Positions 53,501 through 62,779 of a stretch of DNA of 64,000 bases are shown here, one piece after another. Origin of the DNA: Octopus sinensis (lineage: Eukaryota). The notes beneath the pieces were generated by a model. That model had not been told where the DNA came from and searched no databases. It saw only the letters and a program-made list of their open reading frames with translations. The position numbers were made by a program, and so were the translations under genes. The stretch lies in contig NC_042999.1 in assembly GCF_006345805.1 (NCBI RefSeq), forward strand, positions 169,632,001-169,696,000, read 5' to 3'. The first letter of the stretch is position 1. Each line of letters opens with the position of its first letter.

Positions 53501-54109
53501 TTTCTACAGCTGGATACCCTTCTTAATGCCAACCACAGAATGTGCTGGGTGCTTTTTATGTGGCATCAGCAGCAGCAGTAATGTCACCAAATAATTTACA
53601 AGACAACCCCTCCCACTTCAACTGAGGGTGGGGGAAATGGTATTAAGAAAGGTGGTTTAGGACTAGATGAGAGGTTAGAGTATGAGTGAAGGACAAAAGA
53701 AGGCATCTTGCAGTAAAGGAGATACGTGGCTATAATATATTGGCATCCAACTCATGAAATCAAAGCAATACTGACTCTTAAAATTTTTTCTACAGTTTTA
53801 TGTAGCTTTTACATATATTACAAGCAAACATGACTTCAATTAATCTGTATAATCCCTGTGAAAATAAATGGCATTACCAGTAACATAAAATAAAACGGAT
53901 ATAAAAAGTATTCAAATAACATAACTACTGTGGTATGATAATAGAATCATAGCAAATCTAGAAGTAGATTGAACAAATTTTCAGACTTTCTCTATTTCTG
54001 TACCTCTTAACAAATAAGCATCAAACAATGATTATTCGATTTATTACCTGGATGATGTTGAAGTGTCTTGTGATGTTTTATTTGACTGGACAGCCTGAAC
54101 ACTGGTCAT
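12308..54109 (-). CDS. KDM1B: Lysine-specific histone demethylase 2 (LSD2) homolog, spliced CDS of 19 exons, 812 aa, catalytic Lys replaced by Met
   Basis: Exons joined through GT-AG sites with matching phases give one open frame of 2439 nt. Domain order is C4H2C2 zinc finger, CW, SWIRM, amine oxidase with no Tower insert, diagnostic of LSD2 rather than LSD1. Confidence 0.96.
13590..13742 (-). CDS. KDM1B: KDM1B coding exon 18 (KIPEPEQYYTSHW...MSYSY...IFFAGE)
   Basis: tgcag|AAA ... GAA|gtaagt, 153 nt; carries the conserved W, SYSY and FFAGE amine-oxidase motifs. Confidence 0.96.
13792..15625 (-). mobile_element. Degenerate RTE LINE internal fragment (endonuclease end, linker, RT)
   Basis: ORF fragments such as WWWNNIVDRAI...WRCHYERLLN and DLEKAFDRVP-like/GVHQGSVLSPLLF segments; collinear with 22560-23950 but with deletions. 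Confidence 0.92.
17185..17316 (-). CDS. KDM1B: KDM1B coding exon 17 (KSGKETHVLVTYIAG...CMDVLSKLFPEQ)
   Basis: gtcag|AAA ... CAG|gttagt, 132 nt, phase 0-0. Confidence 0.95.
17751..17879 (-). CDS. KDM1B: KDM1B coding exon 16 (IVLQFKKNFWREKVKDVDVFGYI...RGLFSVFYDLSKVQ)
   Basis: ttcag|ATT ... CAG|gtgaga, 129 nt, phase 0-0. Confidence 0.96.
18457..18573 (-). CDS. KDM1B: KDM1B coding exon 15 ([39 protein letters not shown])
   Basis: accag|GTG ... ATG|gtaagt, 117 nt; the last codon (human K661 position) is ATG. Confidence 0.97.
19742..19816 (-). CDS. KDM1B: KDM1B coding exon 14 (VVKIDYSEADVIVHASSGAVFRANK)
   Basis: tttcag|GTT ... AAG|gtctgt, 75 nt; aligns to human VQCIDYSGDEVQVTTTDGTGYSAQK. Confidence 0.93.
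20928..21128 (-). CDS. KDM1B: KDM1B coding exon 13 (DEEKILEYYLGHMELVSG...WDQHEAFPQL...LDIQYNVE)
   Basis: tttag|GAC ... GAG|gtctgt, 201 nt, phase 0-0. Confidence 0.95.
21569..23950 (-). mobile_element. 5'-truncated RTE LINE, 2.4 kb, frameshifted RT ORF
   Basis: NYRGIKLL, FVDLEKAFDRVP, GVHQGSALSPLLF, YADDLA and LRWYGHV motifs across ORFs 23331-23954, 22867-23412 and 22059-22742; 3' UTR and tail at 21569-22050. Confidence 0.96.
24318..24718 (-). mobile_element. tRNA-derived SINE (family B)
   Basis: Reverse complement of the 26393-26788 copy. Confidence 0.9.
25018..25304 (+). mobile_element. tRNA-derived SINE (family A) with 15-bp TSD
   Basis: TGGCCCAGTGG...GTTTCGATTCC head; TSD ACATGTAGGGCATTG at 25003-25017 and 25305-25319. 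Confidence 0.9.
25939..26004. repeat. (TA)n microsatellite
   Basis: Directly visible; similar tracts at ~12027-12052, 16548-16577, 24531-24562 and 33309-33362. Confidence 0.95.
26393..26788 (+). mobile_element. tRNA-derived SINE (family B) with internal (TA)/(TG) spacer and AAAGAGT tail
   Basis: GTGGCTGTGTGG...GGTTCAGTCCC head, CTTGGGCAAG core and TGACTGAAACAAGTAAAAGAGT tail. Related copies at ~24318-24718(-), 47266-47663(-), 50085-50455(+), 63243-63635(-), 61800-61963(+), 41525-41690(+), 33165-33300(+), 23950-24125(-) and 20405-20570(-). Confidence 0.9.
27504..27562 (-). CDS. KDM1B: KDM1B coding exon 12 (S/KFREAHDQFLEQSQIEFSL)
   Basis: gttacag|GC ... CTG|gtgaga, 59 nt, phase 1-0; aligns to human EKIEEIYKAFIKESGIQFSE. 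Confidence 0.9.
28880..29340 (-). mobile_element. Highly degenerate CR1/L2-type RT remnant
   Basis: Minus-strand FI*TTYL...LLTADDLTC resembles the FINDL...ADD.T RT motif; the remnant probably extends over ~27830-29580. Confidence 0.4.
29675..29846 (-). CDS. KDM1B: KDM1B coding exon 11 (ADIDMKIIRDKYELI...RLNFHFNAILDVIAEWRKD...GLL)
   Basis: tttcag|GCA ... A|gtaagt, 172 nt, phase 0-1; matches human RMDFHFNALLDVVSEWRKD. Confidence 0.97.
31006..31143 (-). CDS. KDM1B: KDM1B coding exon 10 (VTVLEAQNCLGGRV...GQGTQIINNCVNNPICLMCMQ)
   Basis: atcag|GTG ... CAG|gtgagt, 138 nt, phase 0-0. Confidence 0.96.
34268..34342 (-). CDS. KDM1B: KDM1B coding exon 9 (FAD Rossmann motif HSVIVVGAGITGLAAARQLSNFGVK)
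   Basis: tacag|CAT ... AAG|gttagt, 75 nt; GxGxxG dinucleotide-binding motif intact. Confidence 0.97.
35095..35274 (-). CDS. KDM1B: KDM1B coding exon 8 (SWIRM C-part: IYRGVSRIKCVE...YLTREGLINIG)
   Basis: tgtag|GAA ... AAT|gtaagt, 180 nt, phase 0-0. Confidence 0.95.
35850..36380 (+). mobile_element. RTE 3' UTR-derived fragment with modular internal repeats and (GAT)n tail
   Basis: Ends in GTTAGGAAGGGCATCCAGCC...CGGACGTTGATGATAATGATG, the same tail family as the RTE copies. Confidence 0.75.
36681..39444. repeat. G-rich minisatellite, ~19-20 bp unit GAGGTGTGGTGTGAAGG(A/G)GG, about 140 units
   Basis: Directly visible tandem array of 2.76 kb in KDM1B intron 7; source of the spurious 1012-aa and 933-aa ORFs. 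Confidence 0.98.
40262..40440 (-). CDS. KDM1B: KDM1B coding exon 7 (SWIRM N-part: GQPFSHSHE...FLSLRNLIISLWNLSIK)
   Basis: tttcag|TA ... AAG|gtaatc, 179 nt, phase 1-0; matches human YLALRNLILALW. Confidence 0.95.
41996..42167 (-). CDS. KDM1B: KDM1B coding exon 6 (RVEMCRSPWWFSQL...DYSSDAIGHCP...)
   Basis: tctag|AGA ... G|gtgagt, 172 nt, phase 0-1; aligns to human RVLEVSNHWWYSML...YYPDCVGMSP. Confidence 0.9.
45267..45308 (-). CDS. KDM1B: KDM1B coding exon 5 (KERQLEACAVPEDH)
   Basis: tttag|AAA ... CAT|gtgagt, 42 nt, phase 0-0; supplies the fourth CW Cys (human HCSLPEDL). Confidence 0.9.
45950..46330 (-). mobile_element. CR1/L2-type LINE RT fragment
   Basis: Minus-strand INSGVPQGSVLSFTFF motif (~46240-46285), degenerate downstream. 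Confidence 0.65.
46914..47139 (-). CDS. KDM1B: KDM1B coding exon 4 (CW domain: PFWVQCTRPECCKWRQL...FTCGM)
   Basis: tttcag|T ... AAG|gtaata, 226 nt, phase 2-0; carries the CW-type zinc finger Cys/Trp residues. Confidence 0.97.
47266..47663 (-). mobile_element. tRNA-derived SINE (family B)
   Basis: Reverse complement of the 26393-26788 copy, very high identity. Confidence 0.9.
47863..48124 (-). mobile_element. tRNA-derived SINE (family A)
   Basis: Reverse complement of the 25018-25304 copy with high identity. Confidence 0.88.
48216..48305 (-). CDS. KDM1B: KDM1B coding exon 3 (CVGSGYTSRWHHISAGEHFCNECFEYFYR)
   Basis: cgtag|A ... AG|gtaagt, 90 nt, phase 2-2; matches human CAKNGYTSRWYHLSCGEHFCNECF. 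Confidence 0.97.
49218..49361 (-). CDS. KDM1B: KDM1B coding exon 2 (zinc finger N-half: RACERSGCPATIPICFANSTER)
   Basis: gacag|A ... AG|gtatgg, 144 nt, phase 2-2; matches recalled human RKCEKAGCTATCPVCFASASER. Confidence 0.95.
50085..50455 (+). mobile_element. tRNA-derived SINE (family B), more diverged
   Basis: Same head, core and tail motifs as the 26393 copy. Confidence 0.85.
50658..53270 (-). mobile_element. Mariner (Tc1/mariner) DNA transposon, degenerate, interrupted by a nested RTE
   Basis: TA-flanked inverted termini (tacgaggggtcattaaagatttccccggaccc at 50658; reverse-complement homolog ending at 53270); transposase remnants MLTVF.DQHGIVMMDFL...LLQDNAPAH...YSPDLAP...GDGYVE between ~52080 and 53130. 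Confidence 0.88.
50745..52078 (+). mobile_element. RTE (BovB/RTE-1-like) fragment nested in the mariner
   Basis: LFEDDNTFVAHTERALQ, FTYLG, LKRFHECCLHTILNIDWSDHITNTEVL and GELTTRHHKRG motifs; ends in a GAAGCCAAGCCA tail at the mariner GYVE codons. Left boundary approximate. Confidence 0.85.
54048..54109 (-). CDS. KDM1B: KDM1B coding exon 1 (MTSVQAVQSNKTSQDTSTSS/R)
   Basis: Acceptor AG at 54117-54118, AAG-ATG context, donor CAG|GTAATA, phase 2 matches exon 2. The sequence is not conserved, so the start codon is inferred; an upstream exon must exist. Confidence 0.7.
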
Positions 54110-56558
54110 CTTCACTCTGTCAACAGAAATAGGAAAATAATTTTAAGTAATCCTTATTCTCAGTAAGGACAATTAAAGAGTATCATCACCATTATTATTT
54201 TATGTCTCTTTTACCAATGCTTGCATGTATTGGACAGGTTTTCTCGAGCGCAAGATTGCAACACTTGTTGCCAATAATTTGGCATTTTCTTTGTGAGATC
54301 CAGTCTCCTGAAATCAGCTTTCACTTTCCATGCCAACCTTGATCCACTTTCATAGGTTCCTTCCATATGGATTACCTGGCAAATCATTACTCAACTCTCA
54401 TCCTCCACATGCATCACATGTTGACACCAGCTCAGTTTTCTCTCAAGATCTCCATATCTGATTCTTCTTATGCTCACTTTTTCTCTCAGCTCATTCGTGT
54501 TCTGTGGCTTGCTCACTCACAATAACATACATCCATTTCTATCTGGCCTTTGCATATCATCTGCATTCAACATATTTTGCTACCGTGCAACATCACATAT
54601 TGTGCACAAGCATTGTACAATCTGCCTTTTGCTCAGAGGAAAAAAAGCCTTTTGATGCAAACATCTGGTTTATTTCTATAAAAGCTACTTCAACTTTTCT
54701 GCCTCAGTCTTACTCTGGTTGCTTTGCCTCAAGAACATTCTCCACTATTACTAATTAGATAACAGAAGTTATCAACCAGTTCTAAGGAGCCTTCTTAATA
54801 TTCAAAGTATTTTTCTATGGGTAATCTTCTAGGTTCAATATAATGAAGTACCCTTTCTCCTCAAATCTGAAATCTTGTATCAGTGTTAGAATAAATATGT
54901 TTTCTTTCAATACTCTCTTAGTAATTACCACATTTTTCTTTAAAGGAATTAAATATTTCTTCTCAGTGTCATGTGGACTTGTTTTATAAGGCATAGTGGT
55001 AGTATGTTTAATTATTTTTGCCAAGTTTTGGTAGAAAAATCCTTTTGAATAGTTTGCATTCAATAGTTTTTTGTACACAACACAATGGTAGCAAAACCCT
55101 TCAAAAACAATAAAACATTTCTGAAGAAAACCAAATAAAAATGCAAACAAAATCCTTTTGCAGAAAGAAGGAGCAATAAGTTTTTACTAAATGCATTGAC
55201 AGTAGTTTTGGAAATTAGTTTGGCAACAATTCAAAAGAACTTGTTGATTCATTTGAGAACATACATGGAAATAGAAAAACCGATCTACGTTTGTTTCACA
55301 GAAGGATTCTTTATGATCTGAAAAGATCAATTATGGTACTATTTACTTGACCTTCAGGACAGAGGGTGATGCTCAACATCAAGTGGGTACAGTGCATAAA
55401 ACATATACCTACAGGCTCACACTCCAAGTTACGAGTCAACTTAACATCAAGGTAATAGTTGTGGGCATTAGCAATGACCTTTGGTTTGTTCTCTTTTTTT
55501 TATGCATTGCAGTACAGGTTGGTGCTAAGGTATCAAGGAATGATGTATGGTCAGGAAGGTCAGCATGGATTTGCAAGTCCTTGTGAGCCTTTAAAACCTC
55601 AAGGCCACTCCAGAGTTGTACCCATCATCAGTGCAGAAACAAAGATTTTGGAGGCTGCTTTTTCCCAATGCTATTGGTCAATGCTCTGGAAATAAGAGAT
55701 TGAACCAGATTCAGTTCGTATCAAAGTTCACCCCACCCAGCAGTACCTATTCACTTATGAGGATGGAGATCCATATAGAAATTGAGGGGAACTGGTAGTC
55801 CATAATGGGAGGAGAAAGCCAACTCTGACAGAAAGCTACCAAGAGACTGCAGGAAACGCATGTCCTCTGAGACTCAAAAGACAACCAATGAATTAATATG
55901 AACAGTGGTCGGGAAATGAAAACTTGGAGCACCCAAAAATAAGGTTTGGTCAAAACCACTCAAGAATGAATAAAATACCTTAGCTCAGATGTGGAAAATT
56001 TCAGGAATGAACCCACTAAAGAAATGCTTAGATATATTTTTGGTCAAATCAGGAACAATATGAATGGTTAGCAGTAGATTTGCGGGATACCTGACCCAAC
56101 CTACTTAAAATGTTCTCATTTGCGTGTGGGTGTGTTACCCTAAATGCCTTTTTTTTATAATTAATAAAAAGCTGTATATACAGTGCTCTGATGCACTACA
56201 ACTCTTCACTAATGTTATGTCCAGTTTTAAATATTGCATTTCTGATAAATCTATGTTTAAATTGTATTTATCAAATACGTCCATTGTCTGGCGTGCTTCA
56301 ACAATCTCCTCGTTTTCAAATAACTTTCTCTTGTGATCCCCATGTCCTAAAAGTTTTATTGCATACAGGAGCGAATAAAGAAACAATAATAATCGTAATC
56401 ATTATAATTATTAAAAACAGCAATCAACATAGATCCCTCATTAAACCAAAACATGAAATAGTGTCATTGAACAGAATAGTATGCTGCAGGGTCGGTCGGG
56501 GCCTAAAACGAGGGGAGGCAAAATGACAACAAAACGGGACAAAAAGTGCGTCGTTAAA

Positions 56559-56612
56559 GGCGGGTCACGTGACGAGCTTAGCACCGGAAAGTAAACATGG
56601 CGGCCTCCGGAA
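56559..56612. promoter_or_regulatory. Housekeeping-type, probably bidirectional core promoter motif cluster
   Basis: Within ~50 bp: GGCGGG (56559-64), palindromic E-box GTCACGTGAC (56564-73), ACCGGAAAGT ETS-like (56583-92) and AAACATGGCGGC YY1 consensus (56593-604), in a locally CpG-rich patch 2.4 kb upstream of KDM1B coding exon 1. Confidence 0.7.
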
Positions 56613-58550
56613 TGGAAAAAGTCAACAAAAGATGAAAACAAGAGAATCCTCTGAGATTATTTGGCTGAATAAAGAGGAGACGAGAGGAGTGGAGCAGTCG
56701 GGAGGCTTCTGGTGGGAAGACGTCCGAATTGTACTGGTTGAAGACCAAAGAATAAAAACCGATTAACGGAGAGCAGCAACAAACATCAATAAAAAATGTT
56801 TTAAAAGAAATTAGGGAAAAAACAATAAAAAGAGTTTTATTGGCAATAAAAGTTGTAAAGGAAACTCTATGTTTCAGATAATATTGCAATACACACGCAT
56901 ATCCAATAACAAAAATATATACAAGCAGCAGATTGAGCAGAATAAAAACATGAACCAACTCAAATTATAAGAAAACATTTTTTAACATCAAATTAAATAA
57001 AAATGGAAAAGATCTAAATTATTGTTACTAATTATTTCTATGCTCTCTCTCACACACAGATATATATATAGAGAGAGAGATAGATAGATAGATAGATAGA
57101 TAGATAACAATTAACAATTAAGGAAGAAAAGTATTAGGTATGATTAGTGTAATTTTGGTAGTAATGACTTTTGTCCCTCTTAGTGTGAGGCATTTATGTG
57201 TAATAATGCCCTCTATACAATATAAATATATATATATATATACAGATATGGACCAAGAACTAATTAGTTACTAGTAAATTTAAAGGAAGAGAGAATAGCA
57301 ATAAGGAAATCAATTTTGGAAATTCTTTGCTAAGTAAAAACTAAGAAAAAAAAAAACACCCCCGAAATTCAATTTTAACTAAAACAGATTTTACAATAAG
57401 AGGCGGTTAGTTGTGTGCATGGAATAAGTTTGGGATAAAACCCAACGAATTCCCAATGGAAACGGATTGAGATTTTCGGAAACAGGAAATTCACATCCAC
57501 CCCAAGTTTCTGACAATCAGCAAAGCTTTCAATGTGCCAACAAGCTGGAAATAAACTTTGCAATTCAGTCGGGTACGGTTTCTAAATGATGCACTACTTT
57601 ATCGAAATAGAGTATTTAATTAAAAAAATTATCTCGTCTAATTAAACAAAGTGCTGGCTTCCTCAGCGATTAATTAATTACGTCTGTTCAACACATTTAT
57701 GTCAACAGTGAAGCATTCGATCTTTACCACTAAAATTACTGCTACTTTCTGCGCAATTGCTTTATAACTCTTATTTATTACTATAAACATTTCCCCTTCG
57801 ACATTATACATAATGTAGCCTAAACTGAGGGTTTAATAACTTCTCAGGAAATTAAACAGATCAACAATAATCGTTCAAACATTAAAATAATGTTAATGTG
57901 TTGCTCCCAATATTATTTCCTTCGTTTCAGTCGCACATGGCGAGATTCAACCTACGACCACCACAATGTTTGTTAACAATAACAAAAAGTGAAGCAGCAG
58001 AATCCCTTCGCTTCCAGTCAAACCAAATACTCATGTTTTTATATAAATATTTATGTGGAATGCCCGCAGACAGAGAACTGTGACGGCTGAGCGAACAGAG
58101 GAAGCAATTAACTCTACCAATTAAGACAATTTCGAAGAGAGGAAAACAGCAGAAGACACTTTTTAAAAACTATTCGACTTTATTAACAAATCCAAATGCA
58201 TGTTTCTTATTTCTTAAAACCTTAGCTTACTACAAAGCCTTAATAAGTCACAAATTAACAATAATATGTAGGGTCGGGGTATAATAGTCAACATTAAACA
58301 TTAAAACATTTCCTTTCCTTAATAGATTCGACCATAAAAATAAATGTATTGTTTTGTTTTGTTCTGTTTTTTCGGCTTTCTCCTGCAGAAATGGTTCTGC
58401 CAAAAGTTCAACATGTGTACAAAGGCCCCAAATCCCTCGGCCTCCACTCTACCACCATCGCTACAACACTCCAAACTCTCTTCTCTTCCAAAACACCAAA
58501 GCTTTCCCAACTTTACACTTAATTAAAAAAAGGCCATTATGCAGATTAAA

Positions 58551-58558
58551 TGACGTCA
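58551..58558. promoter_or_regulatory. Perfect CRE palindrome TGACGTCA
   Basis: Exact 8-mer in the CpG-enriched 57.3-59.1 kb region; function untested. Confidence 0.35.
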
Positions 58559-59150
58559 TCGTTCCTAAACAGGGTTGCTGTATTTTTTTCTCTCCTCCCC
58601 AATCTATTTCCCTCTCTTTTCTTTTGTTTTAGGCGTCAACTGTGGAAGCAAACAAGGATTTTCAGAGACTTACCACAGCAAAAACAAGCTCCTCAGCTGC
58701 CTGACTCTTGGCATTGTTAACAGAGGAGCCTGATGGGAATTCAGAGCAAAGCCTCGCTTTCACCTCACAGCTTTCTCTAATTATTCTTCCTATCTTCCAA
58801 ATCAATTTGGAAACTGGGCAATTACTCATAATTAAACCTGCATTACGTGAACCACAGTCTTTCACACTTGTTCTTTTATTTTATTTTAATTTTGCTCACC
58901 TCCTCCCCACTTTTTTGGTGTTGATGGTGGCGGTAGTGGCGGTGGTGGTGGTGGGTGTGGTATTGAAATCTAGGTTTGATGGTTATAAAAAGCAAGTCAA
59001 TGGATTTCTGTTTGTTTCCACGATTAGGGAATATTCCAGTTGTTCGATCAGAAGAATGACAATCATTGTAGAAGAGTGTAAGAGATTGCGTATACCACCA
59101 GATGCGTGTGATGTTAACTTTCAGGTAGACGCACTCTTGCATCCCTCGTA

Positions 59151-59168
59151 TACATATATATGTATATA

Positions 59169-59204
<36 letters not shown>

Positions 59205-59219
59205 CATTTATATATATAC

Positions 59220-59280
<61 letters not shown>

Positions 59281-59287
59281 CATATAT
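59151..59287. repeat. Interrupted (TA)n/(CA) microsatellite
   Basis: Directly visible; produces the YIYIYI pseudo-ORFs. Confidence 0.95.
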
Positions 59288-60330
59288 GTCATGTGTATGT
59301 GTGTGTGAACTTATAATAAAGACAAGCTTATATTTGTTGCCTACGTACGTTTCGCCCGTTGGGATCGATTGGTTGTTTTGAACCTCTGCATTGGATATTC
59401 CAAGTGGAACTGGAGGCTTAACCCCAATGGATCATCAGGGGAATACTTTACTGCGTTATGTATTTTTGTATATTGACATCTACACATACACACACATATA
59501 CATGCACACATACGATACGTACATATATATCTACATCTATTTATTTATATACACACACACAGAGGCAAATCCAAGAACAAAAAAAGCAAGAATAACAACA
59601 AAACTCAATTGTACATACATAGTGAATGCATTAGATTAAAGTTCTGTGAAAGCTTTAATTCGTGGATTATACAGTCATGTCCTTTATGGCCATACACCCC
59701 TGCTGCCCGCCCTATCTGTCCTCTGTCAAAACTCCCTCATCAGCCCAATAACTACTGCATGCCCCTTGCCTCCATTCTCCTTCATGTGCCCCATTTACTG
59801 CAGCCCCTCCAACTCTCTCTCGTGTACCTATCTGCATCCTCTCCCTGCCCTCACATATCAATCTTAATCCAGCCACTCCTATTTCTTTTATCGGCATTTG
59901 CTTCAGTCATATCTTCCCCATCTCTTAACATATCCCCTCACACTCTTATGGAACATGCTTTGCTATCCCCTCTGTACTACTTATACTCACCTCCTGTCCT
60001 CTGTTTATAGCCCCAATATATCTCCAACACCATCTATTTCTCTCTCTCTCTAACTATCTCTCTATCTTTTCTCAGTAACTCTCTCCCACCTTCCTTCTTC
60101 CTTGTCCTTCTGGGGTAACCAAGCATCTCCACCATAGCAAGACAACTATCTCTGTCCCTCTGTTATACTCTGACCTCTTCCCTGGCACACAGCCACTTCC
60201 ACTCCCTCTCTCAACTTAGAGGTGTTTGTCTTACAAGTTATTTGGTGACACCCGCCCCGCTGGTGTTGTTCCATGTCAAAAATCCCTGTGCTGGTGCCAT
60301 GTAAAGAGCACCCAGTCCACACTCTGTAAA

Positions 60331-61016
60331 GTGGTTGGCATTAGGAAGGGCATCCAGCCATAGAAACCATATCAAAACAAACAACTGGAGCTTGGTGCAG
60401 CTGTCTCCCAGTACACACTCTAAGGTGGTTGGCATTAGGAAGGGCATCCAGCCATAGAAACCATATCAAAACAAACAACTGGAGCTTGGTGCAGCTGTCT
60501 CCCAGTACACACTCTAAGGTGGTTGGCATTAGGAAGGGCATCCAGCCATAGAAACCATATCAAAACAAACAACTGGAGCTTGGTGCAGCTGTCTCCCAGT
60601 ACACACTCTAAGGTGGTTGGCATTAGGAAGGGCATCCAGCCATAGAAACCATATCAAAACAAACAACTGGAGCTTGGTGCAGCTGTCTCCCAGTACACAC
60701 TCTAAGGTGGTTGGCATTAGGAAGGGCATCCAGCCATAGAAACCATATCAAAACAAACAACTGGAGCTTGGTGCAGCTGTCTCCCAGTACACACTCTAAG
60801 GTGGTTGGCATTAGGAAGGGCATCCAGCCATAGAAACCATATCAAAACAAACAACTGGAGCTTGGTGCAGCTGTCTCCCAGTACACACTCTAAGGTGGTT
60901 GGCATTTGGAAGGGCATCCAGCCATAGAAACCATATCAAAACAAACAACTGGAGCTTGGTGCAGCTGTCTCCCAGTACACACTCTAAGGTGGTTGGCATT
61001 TGGAAGGGCATCCAGC
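60331..61016 (+). repeat. 94-bp tandem array (7 full units plus a partial) inside an RTE-tail-derived element
   Basis: Units start at 60331, 60425, 60519, 60613, 60707, 60801, 60895 and 60989; the element body continues on both sides and ends in a (GAT)n tail at ~61150. Confidence 0.96.
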
Positions 61017-62489
61017 AGTAGAAAACATGCTAAAGCGGCTGGCACTGGAGCTTGGCACAACCCTTTGGTTTGCTATATCCTGCCAAATCATCCAACCCTT
61101 GCCAGCATAGAAAAGGGATGTTAAACGATGTTGGTGATGATGATGATGATGAGTGTGATGATATTAAAATGTCCCCAACATTTTCAAGAAGGTAGAATGT
61201 AATTTGACCGAGGATTGGTTGCTATTTCAACAACTTCATGGAGGCTCCTTTGTATGTTTGTATACTCTGATGGTAGTAACAATGGAAGCAGGCATGGGAA
61301 CATGATCGGAACATAATAGAATTTCCCCATGGATTCTCTTTTACTTGTTTCAGTCATTCTATCAGGATGATAAAATATTAAACAATAATCCTTTCTGCTA
61401 TTAACACAAGGCCTACAATTTTGGGGGAGGGGTCTAGTCAAATCCATGGACCCCAGTGCTCAACTGATACTTATTTTATTGGCCCTAAAAAAATGCAAGG
61501 CAAAATCAACCTTAGTAGAATTTGAATTCAGAACATAAGGACCCGTTATTTTGTTCAGCATGCCAACCATTCTACCAGCTTGCAGCCTTTTATTAGAAAA
61601 TAATAAAAACAACATTAAAGTCTGTTAAGAAACGTTACTAGAAATTGATCCAGAAACTCAAGTTGCCCTCACTGTTTCACTGATAATGTTGTGCCATAAA
61701 TAATATGGATGATGCAGTTGGTTTTAATAAATTCTTAGTAAGTGTAGGATCAAAACTAACACAGAAAAATCAAGAGTCTAGAAACAACCAATGCTGACAA
61801 CTGATGCTGGTGTGTTTACGTCCCTGTAACTTAGCAGTTCGGCAAAAGAGACCAATAGAATAAGTACTAGGCTTACAAAGAATAAATCCTGGGGTTGATT
61901 TGCTCGACTAAAGGCGGTGCTCCAGCATAGCCGCAGTCAAATGACTGAAACAAGTAAAAGAGTTTGTGAACATTTATTCTATTATAGTGTCACAATGTGA
62001 TGTAATACTGCTAGGTCTTGTGATTTGGGGATACAGCAAACCCATTGCACTGCTAAACTCTTCATTCATTTTTGTGTTTATTTAAATTCAGCAGGTATAT
62101 ATTGAGGTCCCCACCAATGAAAACGATTAGCAAACCTTCCTATCATCCAATCCTTAAATATTTCAATATTAAATCTATGTGAGTCAGTACATGTCCCTTC
62201 AACTCAAAACCTTCACTGTTCTCAGGGTTGATCCAAGTCTCTGATATGGTTATCATTATTGTCATGTCATCCTCAATAGACTTCCACCAAGCAGCTCACT
62301 TTTAAGATAGATACGAGAGTAAAATTACTAATAGAGAAACGAAAATAAACTTTGGAAACAGCAACGCCACCGTAGGTTATGTGGAAACGATAAACGTGTT
62401 TTCAAGGGAGATAATCAAAGAACGTGACATTGTAATACTTCATGTAAAGTAAATACAACAAATGAAAAATCCTTCAGGAATCCATAAAA

Positions 62490-62655
62490 ATTCCCGGATC
62501 ACTACAAAAATTTCATCATCTGTTCGTTGTGTCATTACCAACTTTTCCTGCAAGTTTCATCAAATACCGTTCACAACTTTTTGAGCTATTTTGCCCACAG
62601 ACGGATAAGCCAACGCCGATGAAAAGATAACCTCCTTCCTTGGCGGAGGTAAAAA
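62490..62655 (-). mobile_element. Helentron-associated (HINE-like) element terminus
   Basis: Minus strand TTACCTCCGCCAAGGAAGGAGGTTATCTTTTCATCGGCGTT...GATGAAACTT, a subterminal ACCTCC/GGAGGT hairpin typical of HINE ends. Confidence 0.5.
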
Positions 62656-62779
62656 GCTCACTGACTTGTTCTGCATGAAAACGAAATGGTAACATCAGTG
62701 CTAACATACTTAATGCAGAGAGACTCTAAATTTTAAAAAATTATAATTACACCTGAAGCAAGGAGAAAGAATCATTAGT

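Noticed and set aside
55340-55960. Several 60-80 aa ORFs between KDM1B exon 1 and the promoter
   Set aside because: No consistent frame, splice pattern or family motif could be supported.
58876-59381. ORFs with YIYIYI runs
   Set aside because: Translations of a (TA)n microsatellite.
60331-61016. CRISPR-like regular array
   Set aside because: Units are contiguous and identical with no unique spacers, there are no cas genes, and the context is eukaryotic.
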